Source: a virus
Length of the DNA stretch: 64,000 bases
Reading direction: 5' to 3' (one strand)
Virus record (IMG/VR): IMGVR_UViG_3300022700_000048
Location: 5,647-69,646 of that record
The notes under the pieces are model-generated. The model had not been told where the DNA came from. It searched no databases and saw nothing but the letters and a program-made list of their open reading frames with translations. The translations under genes and the position numbers were made by a program. Below are positions 49,728 through 59,058 of the stretch, in pieces. The stretch's first letter is position 1. Each line of letters starts with the position of its first letter.

Positions 49728-49737
49728 TATAAATACT
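49728..49737 (-). promoter_or_regulatory. Putative late promoter AGTATTTATA (minus strand)
   Basis: TATAAATACT on plus strand, upstream of minus-strand gene 49706; overlaps a divergent TTG-N19-TATATTTG (49717-49746). Confidence 0.65.
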
Positions 49738-49775
49738 TTATATTTGTTTTATAAAAACTAATAAATATTATAATT

Positions 49776-50576
49776 ATGGAATTATTTGAATTAGCATTTG
49801 AAAAAACAATTATTTATGAAACATTATTTTTTAATATTGTTTCAGCAACAACCTATCCAAATGTATATGAATTTAAAGAAAAAAAACCAGAATTATTTAA
49901 ACAATGGGAATTGATTGCTAAATCAAAATATAAAATTAATGAATATGATGATAATAAAGCATATATGGCAATGCTTAATGATACTTATCTATCAAAAGCA
50001 ATTTATTTTCCTGAATTCACTAAAATAATTGGTATTACATATGGTACAGTTGAAGCATCTGATGGAAAAATAATGAGACATATAAAAAAAATTGATGATA
50101 ATAGTGAATTTGAGATAATAAAAAAATTTCAACAAATATTACATCAAATTTCATCAGATGGTGTTAAATCAACACCACAATATTTTCCAACACTTTGTGG
50201 GCATAATATAATTAATAATGATATACCACTTTTTATTAAAAGATTATTTCACTATAGAAATGAATTTGATAATAATACTAATTTATTACCATTTATTTTA
50301 AAAAAATATTTACAAGCAAAACCTTGGGATTCAAATATTCTTGATACTATAAATTTATGGAAGTTTAATAGTATTAGTAATACACCCCTTTCTGTTGTAT
50401 CAGATTTTTTAGGTTTAAAACGAAAAATTGATATTATGACTATGGAAGAAATATCAAAATATTATTGGAATAATATTAATGATGATAAAGATAGAACGAT
50501 GAAGCATATTACAATGCAATCTGCAAATCAATTGAATTTAGTGATACAAATTATTAATGAATTAAGATCATTATAA
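49776..50576 (+). CDS. PolB-related 3'-5' exonuclease-like protein, catalytic residues degenerate
   Basis: LCGHNIINNDIPLFIKR, KPWD...LDTINLWKF; ExoI DxE replaced by NIV. Confidence 0.7.
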   Translation: MELFELAFEKTIIYETLFFNIVSATTYPNVYEFKEKKPELFKQWELIAKSKYKINEYDDNKAYMAMLNDTYLSKAIYFPEFTKIIGITYGTVEASDGKIMRHIKKIDDNSEFEIIKKFQQILHQISSDGVKSTPQYFPTLCGHNIINNDIPLFIKRLFHYRNEFDNNTNLLPFILKKYLQAKPWDSNILDTINLWKFNSISNTPLSVVSDFLGLKRKIDIMTMEEISKYYWNNINDDKDRTMKHITMQSANQLNLVIQIINELRSL

Positions 50577-50581
50577 TAGTA

Positions 50582-50617
50582 AAATAAAAAAAACCCATTA
50601 ATGGGTTTTTTTTATTT
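50582..50617. terminator. Bidirectional terminator at strand convergence
   Basis: Palindrome A8-CCC-ATTAAT-GGG-T8. Confidence 0.8.
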
Positions 50618-50618
50618 A

Positions 50619-50912
50619 TTATTCAATCCATTTTAATACATTTTCAAATGGATTATCCAAACCATCATCATAATATTCATCAAATATTTCTTCTTTCATA
50701 TATGCTCTTTTAATTTTTTTATCCCCATATAAAAGATAGTCATTCATTTCAATAATAGTTTCAAAGAATATATATATTTCATCTCTATATAGGTAAATAA
50801 AACTATTAATTTTTTTTAAACCATTATAAACATTATAATTAACAAGAACACCTAACGTCCTGCCATCAGAATATGATTCTTCATGTGCTGTTTCAATTGA
50901 ATAATCTTTCAT
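50619..50912 (-). CDS. Hypothetical protein
   Basis: 97-aa ORF. Confidence 0.6.
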   Translation of the reverse strand: MKDYSIETAHEESYSDGRTLGVLVNYNVYNGLKKINSFIYLYRDEIYIFFETIIEMNDYLLYGDKKIKRAYMKEEIFDEYYDDGLDNPFENVLKWIE

Positions 50913-50920
50913 AATATCAT

Positions 50921-51799
50921 TTATTTTTTTGCTAAATATTCATTTGTAATATGGGTATAGAAATACCCTAATGGGTCTCTTAATTCATTATGTTTATGTA
51001 TTTCATAATGTAAATGAGGTCCAGTACTTCGACCAGTATTTCCAACAGTACCTATTTTCTGTTTTTTTCTAACCCATTGACCTCTTTTGACATAAATAAT
51101 ACCCAAATGTGCATATAATGTTTCAAATCCATATGCATGTTTTATAACAACCCTATTACCATACCCATATTTTGAATACATTATTTTTACAATTTTTCCA
51201 CGTGCTGTTGAATATATTGGTGTACCCGGACGAGCAGAAATATCAATACCTTCATGAAAGATATAATCACCAGTAATAGGGTGTTTTCTCATACCATATG
51301 GGGATGAAATTTTAATAAAGTCTTTTGTTTTAATTGGTGAAATATTTGGATAATAATATATAGCGTTTTTATTTGTTTTGAATAAAGAAGATGTTTTTTT
51401 AACTTTTTCTAGTTCCAATGCTAACATTTCTGCAGCATATATCATCCTTTCGTTTAATAGTTTAAATATACTATCATTTTCACTAAAAATTAATTTTGCA
51501 CTATCGTTTTTATATTTATGATAATTAATTGTATCAAAATTAACTCCTAACATTTGTGAATAAATAACATTATTATATTCTTTTATTTCATTTATTTTTC
51601 CTTCCATTTCTTTTAAATTCTTATTAAGAATTTTTATGTTATGTTTTAAATCATAATTCTCATTTAGAAGTTGAGAATGTTTCATATCTTCATTACTGCT
51701 TGCAGTTGTTGTTGACTGTGGTTCAGTAACTGTTACATATAAGACTAATAATAATACTAATATAAGTAACCTACGAAATATTGATTTTGTTTTTTTCAT
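50921..51799 (-). CDS. M23 family peptidase with N-terminal TM helix and coiled coil
   Basis: HEGIDI, YAHL, GNTGRSTGPHLHYEI. Confidence 0.95.
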   Translation of the reverse strand: MKKTKSIFRRLLILVLLLVLYVTVTEPQSTTTASSNEDMKHSQLLNENYDLKHNIKILNKNLKEMEGKINEIKEYNNVIYSQMLGVNFDTINYHKYKNDSAKLIFSENDSIFKLLNERMIYAAEMLALELEKVKKTSSLFKTNKNAIYYYPNISPIKTKDFIKISSPYGMRKHPITGDYIFHEGIDISARPGTPIYSTARGKIVKIMYSKYGYGNRVVIKHAYGFETLYAHLGIIYVKRGQWVRKKQKIGTVGNTGRSTGPHLHYEIHKHNELRDPLGYFYTHITNEYLAKK

Positions 51800-51982
51800 A
51801 CGATATGTTTTTATTAGATTATTTTTCGAGATAGTTTTTTTATTATTAGATATTATTTTTATTATATCTAAAAATTAAAGAGTGGATTAGACAACTGTTT
51901 ATAATATTCTTTTTTATTAATATGTCTAATTTATGAGAGTTTTTCAAAATTTAATATTTAATTATATTATTTTTGTTTGTGT

Positions 51983-51992
51983 TATAAATACA
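51983..51992 (-). promoter_or_regulatory. Putative late promoter TGTATTTATA (minus strand)
   Basis: TATAAATACA on plus strand, upstream of M23 gene. Confidence 0.5.
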
Positions 51993-52063
51993 AGATTTTT
52001 TTAAAATATATATTTTTTTTTCAAAACATTAATTAACAATTAATTAATTGAAAATTATGCTGA

Positions 52064-52094
52064 CAAATTTATAAAATGTTATAATTATTAGCAA
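52064..52094 (-). promoter_or_regulatory. Bacteroidota sigma-A-type promoter (minus strand)
   Basis: TTG-N20-TAAATTTG on the minus strand. Confidence 0.55.
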
Positions 52095-52100
52095 CAATTT

Positions 52101-52868
52101 TTATAAAAAATTAATAATATCATCATCAAATCTATTAAATTCTAGCATTTTATCTTTTAATCTTTTCATAATGGTTTTAGAATTTAGTCTAAAAATGTGT
52201 GATTCATCAAGTCTTTCAAATCCACATTTTTTAGCTACATTATATAATTTATATTCAGAAATTTCATCATCATTTTTTTCAATAAATTCATCAAGATTAT
52301 AATAATTTCTAGCACTAATATTTTCATATAATTTTGGATTATTAAATGATTGTCTAACTATAATATTTCGTTCATTCCAAAAAAAATTAAAATCTATATT
52401 ATTATTTTGAATTGGTTTTACTAATGCAAGTAATTGATTATTAATATCATCATAAATAAAATCTCTATATAAAAATTCTGTAAATTCTTGAGTTACCCCC
52501 CTTTTTCTATAATCTGGATGTACGATAAGAGTATGTAGTAATATCAATTTATTAACATTATTTAATGATATTATATTATTATTTAATAAATAATTTAATT
52601 CATCATATGTATTTTCATGTTCATAATGTTCAAAATTATTTAAAAGATTTTGATTAAATTCTTTAGCAAATTTAACGTTCCATACTGAAAATTGATATTC
52701 ACCAATTTGAATTGGTGGTTTTTTTTCATCTATTCTTGTTTCAGAAATAATTCCATCATATTCAGTTATAAAATTTTCATTTTTATCAATAAAATCAAAA
52801 TTCTTTCTATAACTAGTTGTTTTAAATGTTAAATTATTCCATAAATTATAATTTTTATTCATTTTCAT
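52101..52868 (-). CDS. GNAT-like acetyltransferase fold protein
   Basis: LHTLIVHPDYRKRGV and KCGF. Confidence 0.6.
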   Translation of the reverse strand: MKMNKNYNLWNNLTFKTTSYRKNFDFIDKNENFITEYDGIISETRIDEKKPPIQIGEYQFSVWNVKFAKEFNQNLLNNFEHYEHENTYDELNYLLNNNIISLNNVNKLILLHTLIVHPDYRKRGVTQEFTEFLYRDFIYDDINNQLLALVKPIQNNNIDFNFFWNERNIIVRQSFNNPKLYENISARNYYNLDEFIEKNDDEISEYKLYNVAKKCGFERLDESHIFRLNSKTIMKRLKDKMLEFNRFDDDIINFL

Positions 52869-53272
52869 TCATCGTTTAATAATTCATGACCCTTATTAAT
52901 GTCATGTAATAATTTTTTATAATAATTTTTTATTTCATTTTGGGGTAAAAAATGTTTTGGTTCTAAATTTTCTTCGATCCAATCAGACCAATACAAATCA
53001 ATATCTAATCGATTCATATCATTTATAAAATCATTTAATGTTTTTGGTAATGGTAATTGTACAATAAAACCTTTGGGTTTTCTTATATAATAATAAACAG
53101 GGTAAAATTCCAATATAATATTATTATAAGTAAATTTCCACCAATCACCCATTATTTTACCATTCCACCCATTAAAATATTTTAAAAGAAAATCTAAATC
53201 AAATTCATGATTTAGAAATTCTTTAAATTTTTTAGTTCCAATTGTTTTAAAATATGGTACTACTTTATTCAT
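52865..53272 (-). CDS. Hypothetical protein
   Basis: 135-aa ORF, overlapping coupling. Confidence 0.6.
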   Translation of the reverse strand: MNKVVPYFKTIGTKKFKEFLNHEFDLDFLLKYFNGWNGKIMGDWWKFTYNNIILEFYPVYYYIRKPKGFIVQLPLPKTLNDFINDMNRLDIDLYWSDWIEENLEPKHFLPQNEIKNYYKKLLHDINKGHELLNDE

Positions 53273-54005
53273 ATATTTGATATATTTTTATTTGAGGCAT
53301 TAATCTACCCTCATTAATTTTATAATCATGTTTATAATCAAAACCGATTTTTAATTTATCACCAGAATCAGAAAGCACATAAAACATATTTCCTTTTTTA
53401 TTTTTCAATTTAATTTGTCTGAATTTACAACTATATTCTAATTCACCACAATTTTTTATATTCCTAGATGTATGTCCGTATTTTATAGAACCATCTGAGT
53501 TTTTTCGTATGGGATAGAAGAATAATATCTTTGTTTGTGTTTGATTAGCTTGACCACCACTAACAAAAAGTGTATTTATAAACATAACAATACAAGTTCC
53601 ATTGTCAGTATGAACTTTTTCTATTACATTGTTTTTAGATCGATCATCATATATTAAATAATTTTCATTTGATTTAGATCGAAAATGTCCAAATACTGCT
53701 CTGGAATCTGCCAGTTCCCACTTATTATTTTTATTTAATTTTCTTCTGTATAGATATGCATCTCTTGCTTCTACATTTCTTCTATTTATCTTACTACCTT
53801 CTATTGGTTCGTATGAAATCATATATATCCACCCATTAACTTTAAAAATAATATAATGTTTATTGACAAAATCATATGTTTTTTTTGTGTTTAAATCTAT
53901 AGTATTAGGAATTTTCTTAATACTTGCTTTTTTTTGTATTGGTAATTGACTTTGAGCAAAACAGCTAATAAATAAGCTAACAGTAATTAATAATAATTTT
54001 TTCAT
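53265..54005 (-). CDS. Secreted protein with Bacteroidota-like signal peptide
   Basis: MKKLLLITVSLFISCFAQSQ. Confidence 0.65.
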   Translation of the reverse strand: MKKLLLITVSLFISCFAQSQLPIQKKASIKKIPNTIDLNTKKTYDFVNKHYIIFKVNGWIYMISYEPIEGSKINRRNVEARDAYLYRRKLNKNNKWELADSRAVFGHFRSKSNENYLIYDDRSKNNVIEKVHTDNGTCIVMFINTLFVSGGQANQTQTKILFFYPIRKNSDGSIKYGHTSRNIKNCGELEYSCKFRQIKLKNKKGNMFYVLSDSGDKLKIGFDYKHDYKINEGRLMPQIKIYQIYE

Positions 54006-54036
54006 AATTTTTTTATTTTATAGTTTAATATAATTA

Positions 54037-54063
54037 TACGTATAAAATAAAAATAATGTTACA
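54037..54063 (-). promoter_or_regulatory. ECF-type promoter TGTAAC-N17-CGTA
   Basis: Minus-strand motif upstream of 54005. Confidence 0.65.
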
Positions 54064-54066
54064 ATA

Positions 54067-54276
54067 TTATTGACCATTATATTCACCCACTACTAAAACC
54101 ATTAAATTTTCAGGTGGATTGTTTATATTTTGTTTTACTATTTCATTAACATAATGATCTGATAATAATTCACCAACGTTCATCCATGTTCTATCATTTA
54201 ATTCAAAAATTGTTTCTTCAGTATCAGCATTAATATATTTAACTGTTAATCTTGGTGTATCTTTACTATATTTCAT
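54067..54276 (-). CDS. Small hypothetical protein
   Basis: 69-aa ORF. Confidence 0.6.
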   Translation of the reverse strand: MKYSKDTPRLTVKYINADTEETIFELNDRTWMNVGELLSDHYVNEIVKQNINNPPENLMVLVVGEYNGQ

Positions 54277-54325
54277 TTTTATTTTCTTTTTTTCTTATTA
54301 AAATTAATTAATCCATTCATTTCAT

Positions 54326-54844
54326 TCATTTTTTTGGTATTTTTAATCCCAATTCTTTCATTTTTAATATTACTTCTGCATTTCCAATGGCATCGTTGAC
54401 AGGATTATGATCGTGTTTAGTTTTTCTAAGATGTTTCCATTTGATGAAACTATCGTTCATCATACCACAATATAAGTCACCAATTCTACGACCAGAATAT
54501 CCAAAGGGATTATAACCTAAATTAACATGAAAATAATAATTAATCCATTGCCAGTCATAGGCAACATTATCTGAGATCATTATTGGTCTTCCTTTAGAAT
54601 TATTTTTTAACCATTGTGCAAATTCTTCCATAATTTGTTTTGGTTCATCAAAATTTTCATGTTCTTTTCGTGAAAAACCACTTATTGAGAGTGTTTTTTC
54701 ATCATAAATTGCCGATATTGGTGCTGTTTGACCATAAAATGTTTTATCAAGATTATCATCAACACGTACTACACCAAAACATACCATACTATACAGTGGT
54801 GGTATTGGACCATCAGATTCTACATCTACTACAAACCAACTCAT
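54326..54844 (-). CDS. DEDDh 3'-5' exonuclease (Rv2179c-like)
   Basis: VVDVESDGP, AYDWQW, HNPVNDA. Confidence 0.85.
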   Translation of the reverse strand: MSWFVVDVESDGPIPPLYSMVCFGVVRVDDNLDKTFYGQTAPISAIYDEKTLSISGFSRKEHENFDEPKQIMEEFAQWLKNNSKGRPIMISDNVAYDWQWINYYFHVNLGYNPFGYSGRRIGDLYCGMMNDSFIKWKHLRKTKHDHNPVNDAIGNAEVILKMKELGLKIPKK

Positions 54845-55014
54845 TCAAAATCCTCCCAATCATTATTTTTTAATTGTTTATTTTCTTTATTAGAACAAAA
54901 TAATAATTGAATTATTTTTAATATTAAATGTGATAGTATTACTAAAACAATTAAGAACCCAATAAAATGATTGGGTGTTTGACTAATAAAATTTAAAAAA
55001 TCTGTAAGTGTCAT
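54841..55014 (-). CDS. Small single-TM protein (not in the ORF track)
   Basis: 57 aa MTLTDFLNFISQTPNHFIGFLIVLVILSHLILKIIQLLFC...; ATGA overlap with 54844. Confidence 0.55.
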   Translation of the reverse strand: MTLTDFLNFISQTPNHFIGFLIVLVILSHLILKIIQLLFCSNKENKQLKNNDWEDFE

Positions 55015-55017
55015 AAT

Positions 55018-55230
55018 TTATTCTTCTATTTTATTAAATAATTTGGTTACAAAATCAACTCCTCTTTTTTTATACCAATATTTAAAAGTTTTATATTTTT
55101 CAGTGAAAAATGTGGATTCCCCTCCACCATTTCTAGGATAATCTATATAAGAATCCTTTTCTTTAGCATCGTTAAAAATTTCCTTAACAATTTCTTTTAT
55201 TTCTGAATATTTTTCAAATTTATCATTCAT
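55018..55230 (-). CDS. Small hypothetical protein
   Basis: 70-aa ORF, ATGA overlap. Confidence 0.55.
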   Translation of the reverse strand: MNDKFEKYSEIKEIVKEIFNDAKEKDSYIDYPRNGGGESTFFTEKYKTFKYWYKKRGVDFVTKLFNKIEE

Positions 55231-55718
55231 AACAATCGTTTTAAAATTTTTTCTTTAATTCCTGTTTGTTTAATACCTTCATAAATTTTTGGAGTTTGAA
55301 CAAAATTTTCATCGGGCAAGAGATCGTGTAGATTTAAATCATCAATTGCAACCCAAGACGCAAAATCATATTTATTATTATATACATAATGCAATATTTC
55401 GGCTGCTCTACACAATTCTAATTCTTCTAATTTTGTGAATTTAACACCCCATAATGTAGGAGTAAAATCAGTAATTGGTGTTATAATCCCATTCCATTCG
55501 AAAATTCTATTCATTGTCTCAAGATCATAATGTGTTTTCCAATCACTTGATAAAATTATTTTAGCGTTTGTTTCTTTGAGAATTTCATTGAAAACTTTAA
55601 CACATTTTTTATCGAAAGAATAACAATTCCATTCTTCATGTCTTTTTTTAGAATAGAATTGTGCCGTTGTTGCTAGAACACCGTCTAAATCCAAATATAT
55701 GAATGTATTATTTTTCAT
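55227..55718 (-). CDS. HAD-superfamily phosphatase (Swiss-army-knife HAD type 2)
   Basis: YLDLDGVL, IILSSDWK, R..EI, WVAIDD. Confidence 0.85.
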   Translation of the reverse strand: MKNNTFIYLDLDGVLATTAQFYSKKRHEEWNCYSFDKKCVKVFNEILKETNAKIILSSDWKTHYDLETMNRIFEWNGIITPITDFTPTLWGVKFTKLEELELCRAAEILHYVYNNKYDFASWVAIDDLNLHDLLPDENFVQTPKIYEGIKQTGIKEKILKRLL

Positions 55719-56688
55719 GTTTCCAAATATAATTTTTGTATTTATTGTTACGTTTTACGTTATAATTTAATGTATTTTCATGACATTTTAAATAATTACT
55801 AGCATCTTTTATAGTGTCCCAAATTTTTATTAATTTCATATTTAAATCATATTGTAATACTTTATTAAATCGTTTTTTGTTTTTTATTTTCTCTAAATTA
55901 TTTAAACATATAAGATATTTTCTATTTAAATATTGAAATTGATCGTCATGGTAAATAAAATTTAAAAATCTTAATGAATCGGAATACCACGTTATTTTCC
56001 ATATATTTGGTTTATTATTGGTTACTTTATATATTTTATTAGATTTAATCGAATATTTTTCTCGAATATATTTTTTGATAAAAATTAATATTTCTTTTGT
56101 AGAAATTAAACTACATCTTAAATTATCGTTTATCATATTTAAACTACCATCCCCATCAAATAACCCCGCAATAAAATAGGAATAATATTTTTCATTTATC
56201 TTGGGAAATTTTAATGTATTACTCTTATCTGAGGTTACACCTAAATTAATTAAATTTCGTGTAAATAATTCATTACCAATTTGAATTGAATATCCAGTAT
56301 ATGTTTTATTAGTTCGTTTATCATATTTAATATTAGTACTTATTTTATGTTCGGATTTAATATTTTTTTTAAAATTTTCTATAACACACTTATCTTTCGA
56401 TACTAAACTAACTTTATTATTATGTTTATTTATATTACCGTCTGCACATAGAAACCCTAACCAATATGCCTTATCTGGTGAATCAATATTTTTAAAATAA
56501 TCAATATTTAAAGAAAGGTGGCTCATATTAATTCTACTTTTTTTTAATTTTTTCACGTTATTTCTTTCGAGAATTAATCTAATACCAGATACTGATCTAT
56601 TGAATATTTTTGCAAGTTCTTTTTCAGAATGATATTTATATTTATCAATTATTTTTAATTCTAAATCTTTACTTATTTTTTTTGTCAT
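55708..56688 (-). mobile_element. Free-standing LAGLIDADG homing endonuclease with C-terminal NUMOD1-like domain
   Basis: YWLGFLCADG and YFIAGLFDGDG; KVLQYDLNMKLIKIWDTIKDAS. Confidence 0.85.
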
Positions 56689-56699
56689 AACATGTTTTT

Positions 56700-56709
56700 A
56701 ATAAATACT
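56700..56709 (-). promoter_or_regulatory. Putative late promoter AGTATTTATT (minus strand) for the homing endonuclease
   Basis: AATAAATACT on plus strand, 11 nt from the start codon. Confidence 0.6.
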
Positions 56710-56732
56710 CTCATATCTAAGAAAATATATAT

Positions 56733-56954
56733 TTAATCTAAATCTAAGTTAATATTTATTTGTTGTGGTGGAGTATATTGATCTGGATTTCGTTTTTGAC
56801 TATCACTATACTCTGGTTTATTAGCATGAATTATAATTTTATTACAATGGGGGCATTTAATATCATTGGTTATTACCATAAACATAAAATCTTCATGATA
56901 ATAATTAGTATTTTTACCACAATGTTGACATTTAATTTGATGTTTTCGTACCAT
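56733..56954 (-). CDS. Small Zn-ribbon protein
   Basis: CQHC...CPHC. Confidence 0.65.
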   Translation of the reverse strand: MVRKHQIKCQHCGKNTNYYHEDFMFMVITNDIKCPHCNKIIIHANKPEYSDSQKRNPDQYTPPQQININLDLD

Positions 56955-56956
56955 AA

Positions 56957-57532
56957 TTATTTATTTTTTAAATTCCATATTTTTGATGCGTATTCAATTT
57001 GAATTTTTGCATCATCAATTGGATGATGTTTAACACCATTGAATTTTTTTAATGTTTGTTCTTTTATTTTAGGTGCTTTAGCCACTAAAGTTCTTAAATC
57101 TCTTTCGTTACGAAAATACCAAGGCATTTCATGATAACCACATGCAGTATATGCATTTTCTAATAAACCAATATCAAATCGATTACTATTTCCCCATATT
57201 TCTATATTATGTTTATCCCCCAATTTTTTATACCATTTTTTAAATTCATTTAAAACATAATGAAGTGATTCACCTCCTTTAGCAATTTCTTGTCGTGCTT
57301 TTTCGTTTTGGATTAACCACCAATAAATAGTTTCACCATTAACATTAAGACCGACATCTAAACAAGATTGAAGATTAATTCTTGAATAAAATTCATCACC
57401 AATTTCATTAGTATTAATATTAAATTCAACAGCACCAATTGACACAATTGCACTATTACTTCTTTTACCCATTGTTTCAAGATCAAGCATTACATGACCC
57501 AAACTTTCGACTGTTGTTTTTTTTATTTTCAT
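56957..57532 (-). CDS. DEDDh 3'-5' exonuclease (ExoVIII N-terminal / Rv2179c-like)
   Basis: MLDLETMG, IVSIGAV, WGN...FD, RDLRT, HHPIDDA. Confidence 0.88.
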   Translation of the reverse strand: MKIKKTTVESLGHVMLDLETMGKRSNSAIVSIGAVEFNINTNEIGDEFYSRINLQSCLDVGLNVNGETIYWWLIQNEKARQEIAKGGESLHYVLNEFKKWYKKLGDKHNIEIWGNSNRFDIGLLENAYTACGYHEMPWYFRNERDLRTLVAKAPKIKEQTLKKFNGVKHHPIDDAKIQIEYASKIWNLKNK

Positions 57533-57566
57533 TCTTATTTTTTTAAACTTATTATATATTATATTT

Positions 57567-58088
57567 TTATCTCCAAAGTTGCAAAGATTTTAATTCATAT
57601 GCAACAATTCTTCTTACAATTGCATCAAATGTTTTTTTTGAATATGAACCATCTGGAAGGTCATTACCACGTGTCCAATCTTCACCAACTCTTGGTTTTC
57701 TTCTACTTGCAATACAACCCAAATAACCATTTGGTTTATTTTCTGTTGGTGCATATCCTGATATTGAATAAATATTATTATCGGTATATAGACGACAACT
57801 AAAACGATTTTTATTATCATTTTGTTGGTTTTTATGGAAAATTAAAACCTGTGAATCGACATTTCCATATTTAACAATACCTTTAAGCCAAATTGCAAAA
57901 TCTGGTGCAATATCAATTAATTCTTCCCAATCAATTATTCTAGCATTATTTTTTTCTTCAAGACGTGCTTTAAGGTCTTGATTAAACTCTTCATTTGTCT
58001 GAATTCTATCTTCACCAGTAGATTCTGCTGGTGTATTATCAGAATGTTCAGGGGCATGATTGCCTGACTTGTTTTCTTCTTTTTTCAT
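57567..58088 (-). CDS. Hypothetical protein
   Basis: 173 aa; YLGCIASRRKPRVGEDWTRGNDLPDG looks like a conserved motif. Confidence 0.65.
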   Translation of the reverse strand: MKKEENKSGNHAPEHSDNTPAESTGEDRIQTNEEFNQDLKARLEEKNNARIIDWEELIDIAPDFAIWLKGIVKYGNVDSQVLIFHKNQQNDNKNRFSCRLYTDNNIYSISGYAPTENKPNGYLGCIASRRKPRVGEDWTRGNDLPDGSYSKKTFDAIVRRIVAYELKSLQLWR

Positions 58089-58111
58089 TTTTAATAAAAT
58101 TTAATATAATA

Positions 58112-58672
58112 TTATTTTTGTTCTTGATAATTTGTTACATTATCAATATTCATAATTAATTCTGTAAATTTATTTAAATCAATCTTATCTGGATACCATT
58201 TAGCAGCATTAATAAATATGAATCGTTTATATTTCCACTCATTTTGATATTTTTTATACATACTACTTTTTTGAGTTTCACTATATGATGCATTTGCACC
58301 AATATCACATAATTTTAAAATTAATGCACGATAATCATTAAGTGTTTTAGGTGCTGTTGCTAGAAATCTAAGCATACGATTTTTTTCTGGAATATCAGTT
58401 ACAGCTATTGTAATATCAGCAACTTCTTTACCTGCAATTTTTTTAATATCATTATATGTTTGTTGAGCATCTTCTATGAGATCATGGGTGTAGGCTGCCA
58501 TACTTACATATTTAAAATCATCATCAGATTTAAGAATATGTGGATGCATTAAAACCCATTTATGAACCATTTCTAAATGTTTCAAATATGGCTCATTATC
58601 ACTACCATAAGTACAACCAGTAGTATCATGTGCAGCAATAGCATAATTTATTATTTTAATATTTTTATTCAT
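58112..58672 (-). CDS. HD-domain hydrolase, SpoT/Mesh1 (p)ppGpp-hydrolase-like
   Basis: AH....., PYLKHL, AAYTHDLIED, VA.I..AVTD, LKLCD...N. Confidence 0.85.
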   Translation of the reverse strand: MNKNIKIINYAIAAHDTTGCTYGSDNEPYLKHLEMVHKWVLMHPHILKSDDDFKYVSMAAYTHDLIEDAQQTYNDIKKIAGKEVADITIAVTDIPEKNRMLRFLATAPKTLNDYRALILKLCDIGANASYSETQKSSMYKKYQNEWKYKRFIFINAAKWYPDKIDLNKFTELIMNIDNVTNYQEQK

Positions 58673-58853
58673 ATGTATTAATAATAATTTTTATAATTTT
58701 TAATTGATACCCCCCCTCAAATAAATTTATAAGATGATCTATAAGTTCATCATATGCTTTACTATATTCATTATATGTGGAGGTAAATGTACCTAATTTT
58801 ATTTTAGATGCATCATTAGTTGCACTATATTTAAATGTATATTGTTTTTTCAT
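58665..58853 (-). CDS. Small hypothetical protein
   Basis: 62 aa, coupled overlaps. Confidence 0.5.
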   Translation of the reverse strand: MKKQYTFKYSATNDASKIKLGTFTSTYNEYSKAYDELIDHLINLFEGGYQLKIIKIIINTYE

Positions 58854-59038
58854 TAATTAAACCATTTATTAATCACTTCTTTCCAAATCATTAATGATGA
58901 TTCATATGGATACATCATTGATTTTTCTTTAAATTCTTTTAAAAAATCTTCCGGAAGATTTTCAAGAATTTCAATTGTAATTTGAATACCTTCAGGATGT
59001 TTAAAACGTTTACAATTACTAAATTTATGTTTTTTCAT
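58853..59038 (-). CDS. Small hypothetical protein
   Basis: 61 aa, first gene of minus-strand operon. Confidence 0.55.
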   Translation of the reverse strand: MKKHKFSNCKRFKHPEGIQITIEILENLPEDFLKEFKEKSMMYPYESSLMIWKEVINKWFN

Positions 59039-59058
59039 AATTATTTATTTTACAAATA

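Noticed and set aside
58113-58139. Possible fifth TGTAAC promoter (minus strand) before 58088
   Set aside because: The -10 position reads AATA rather than CGTA, and the site lies within the HD gene's coding end.
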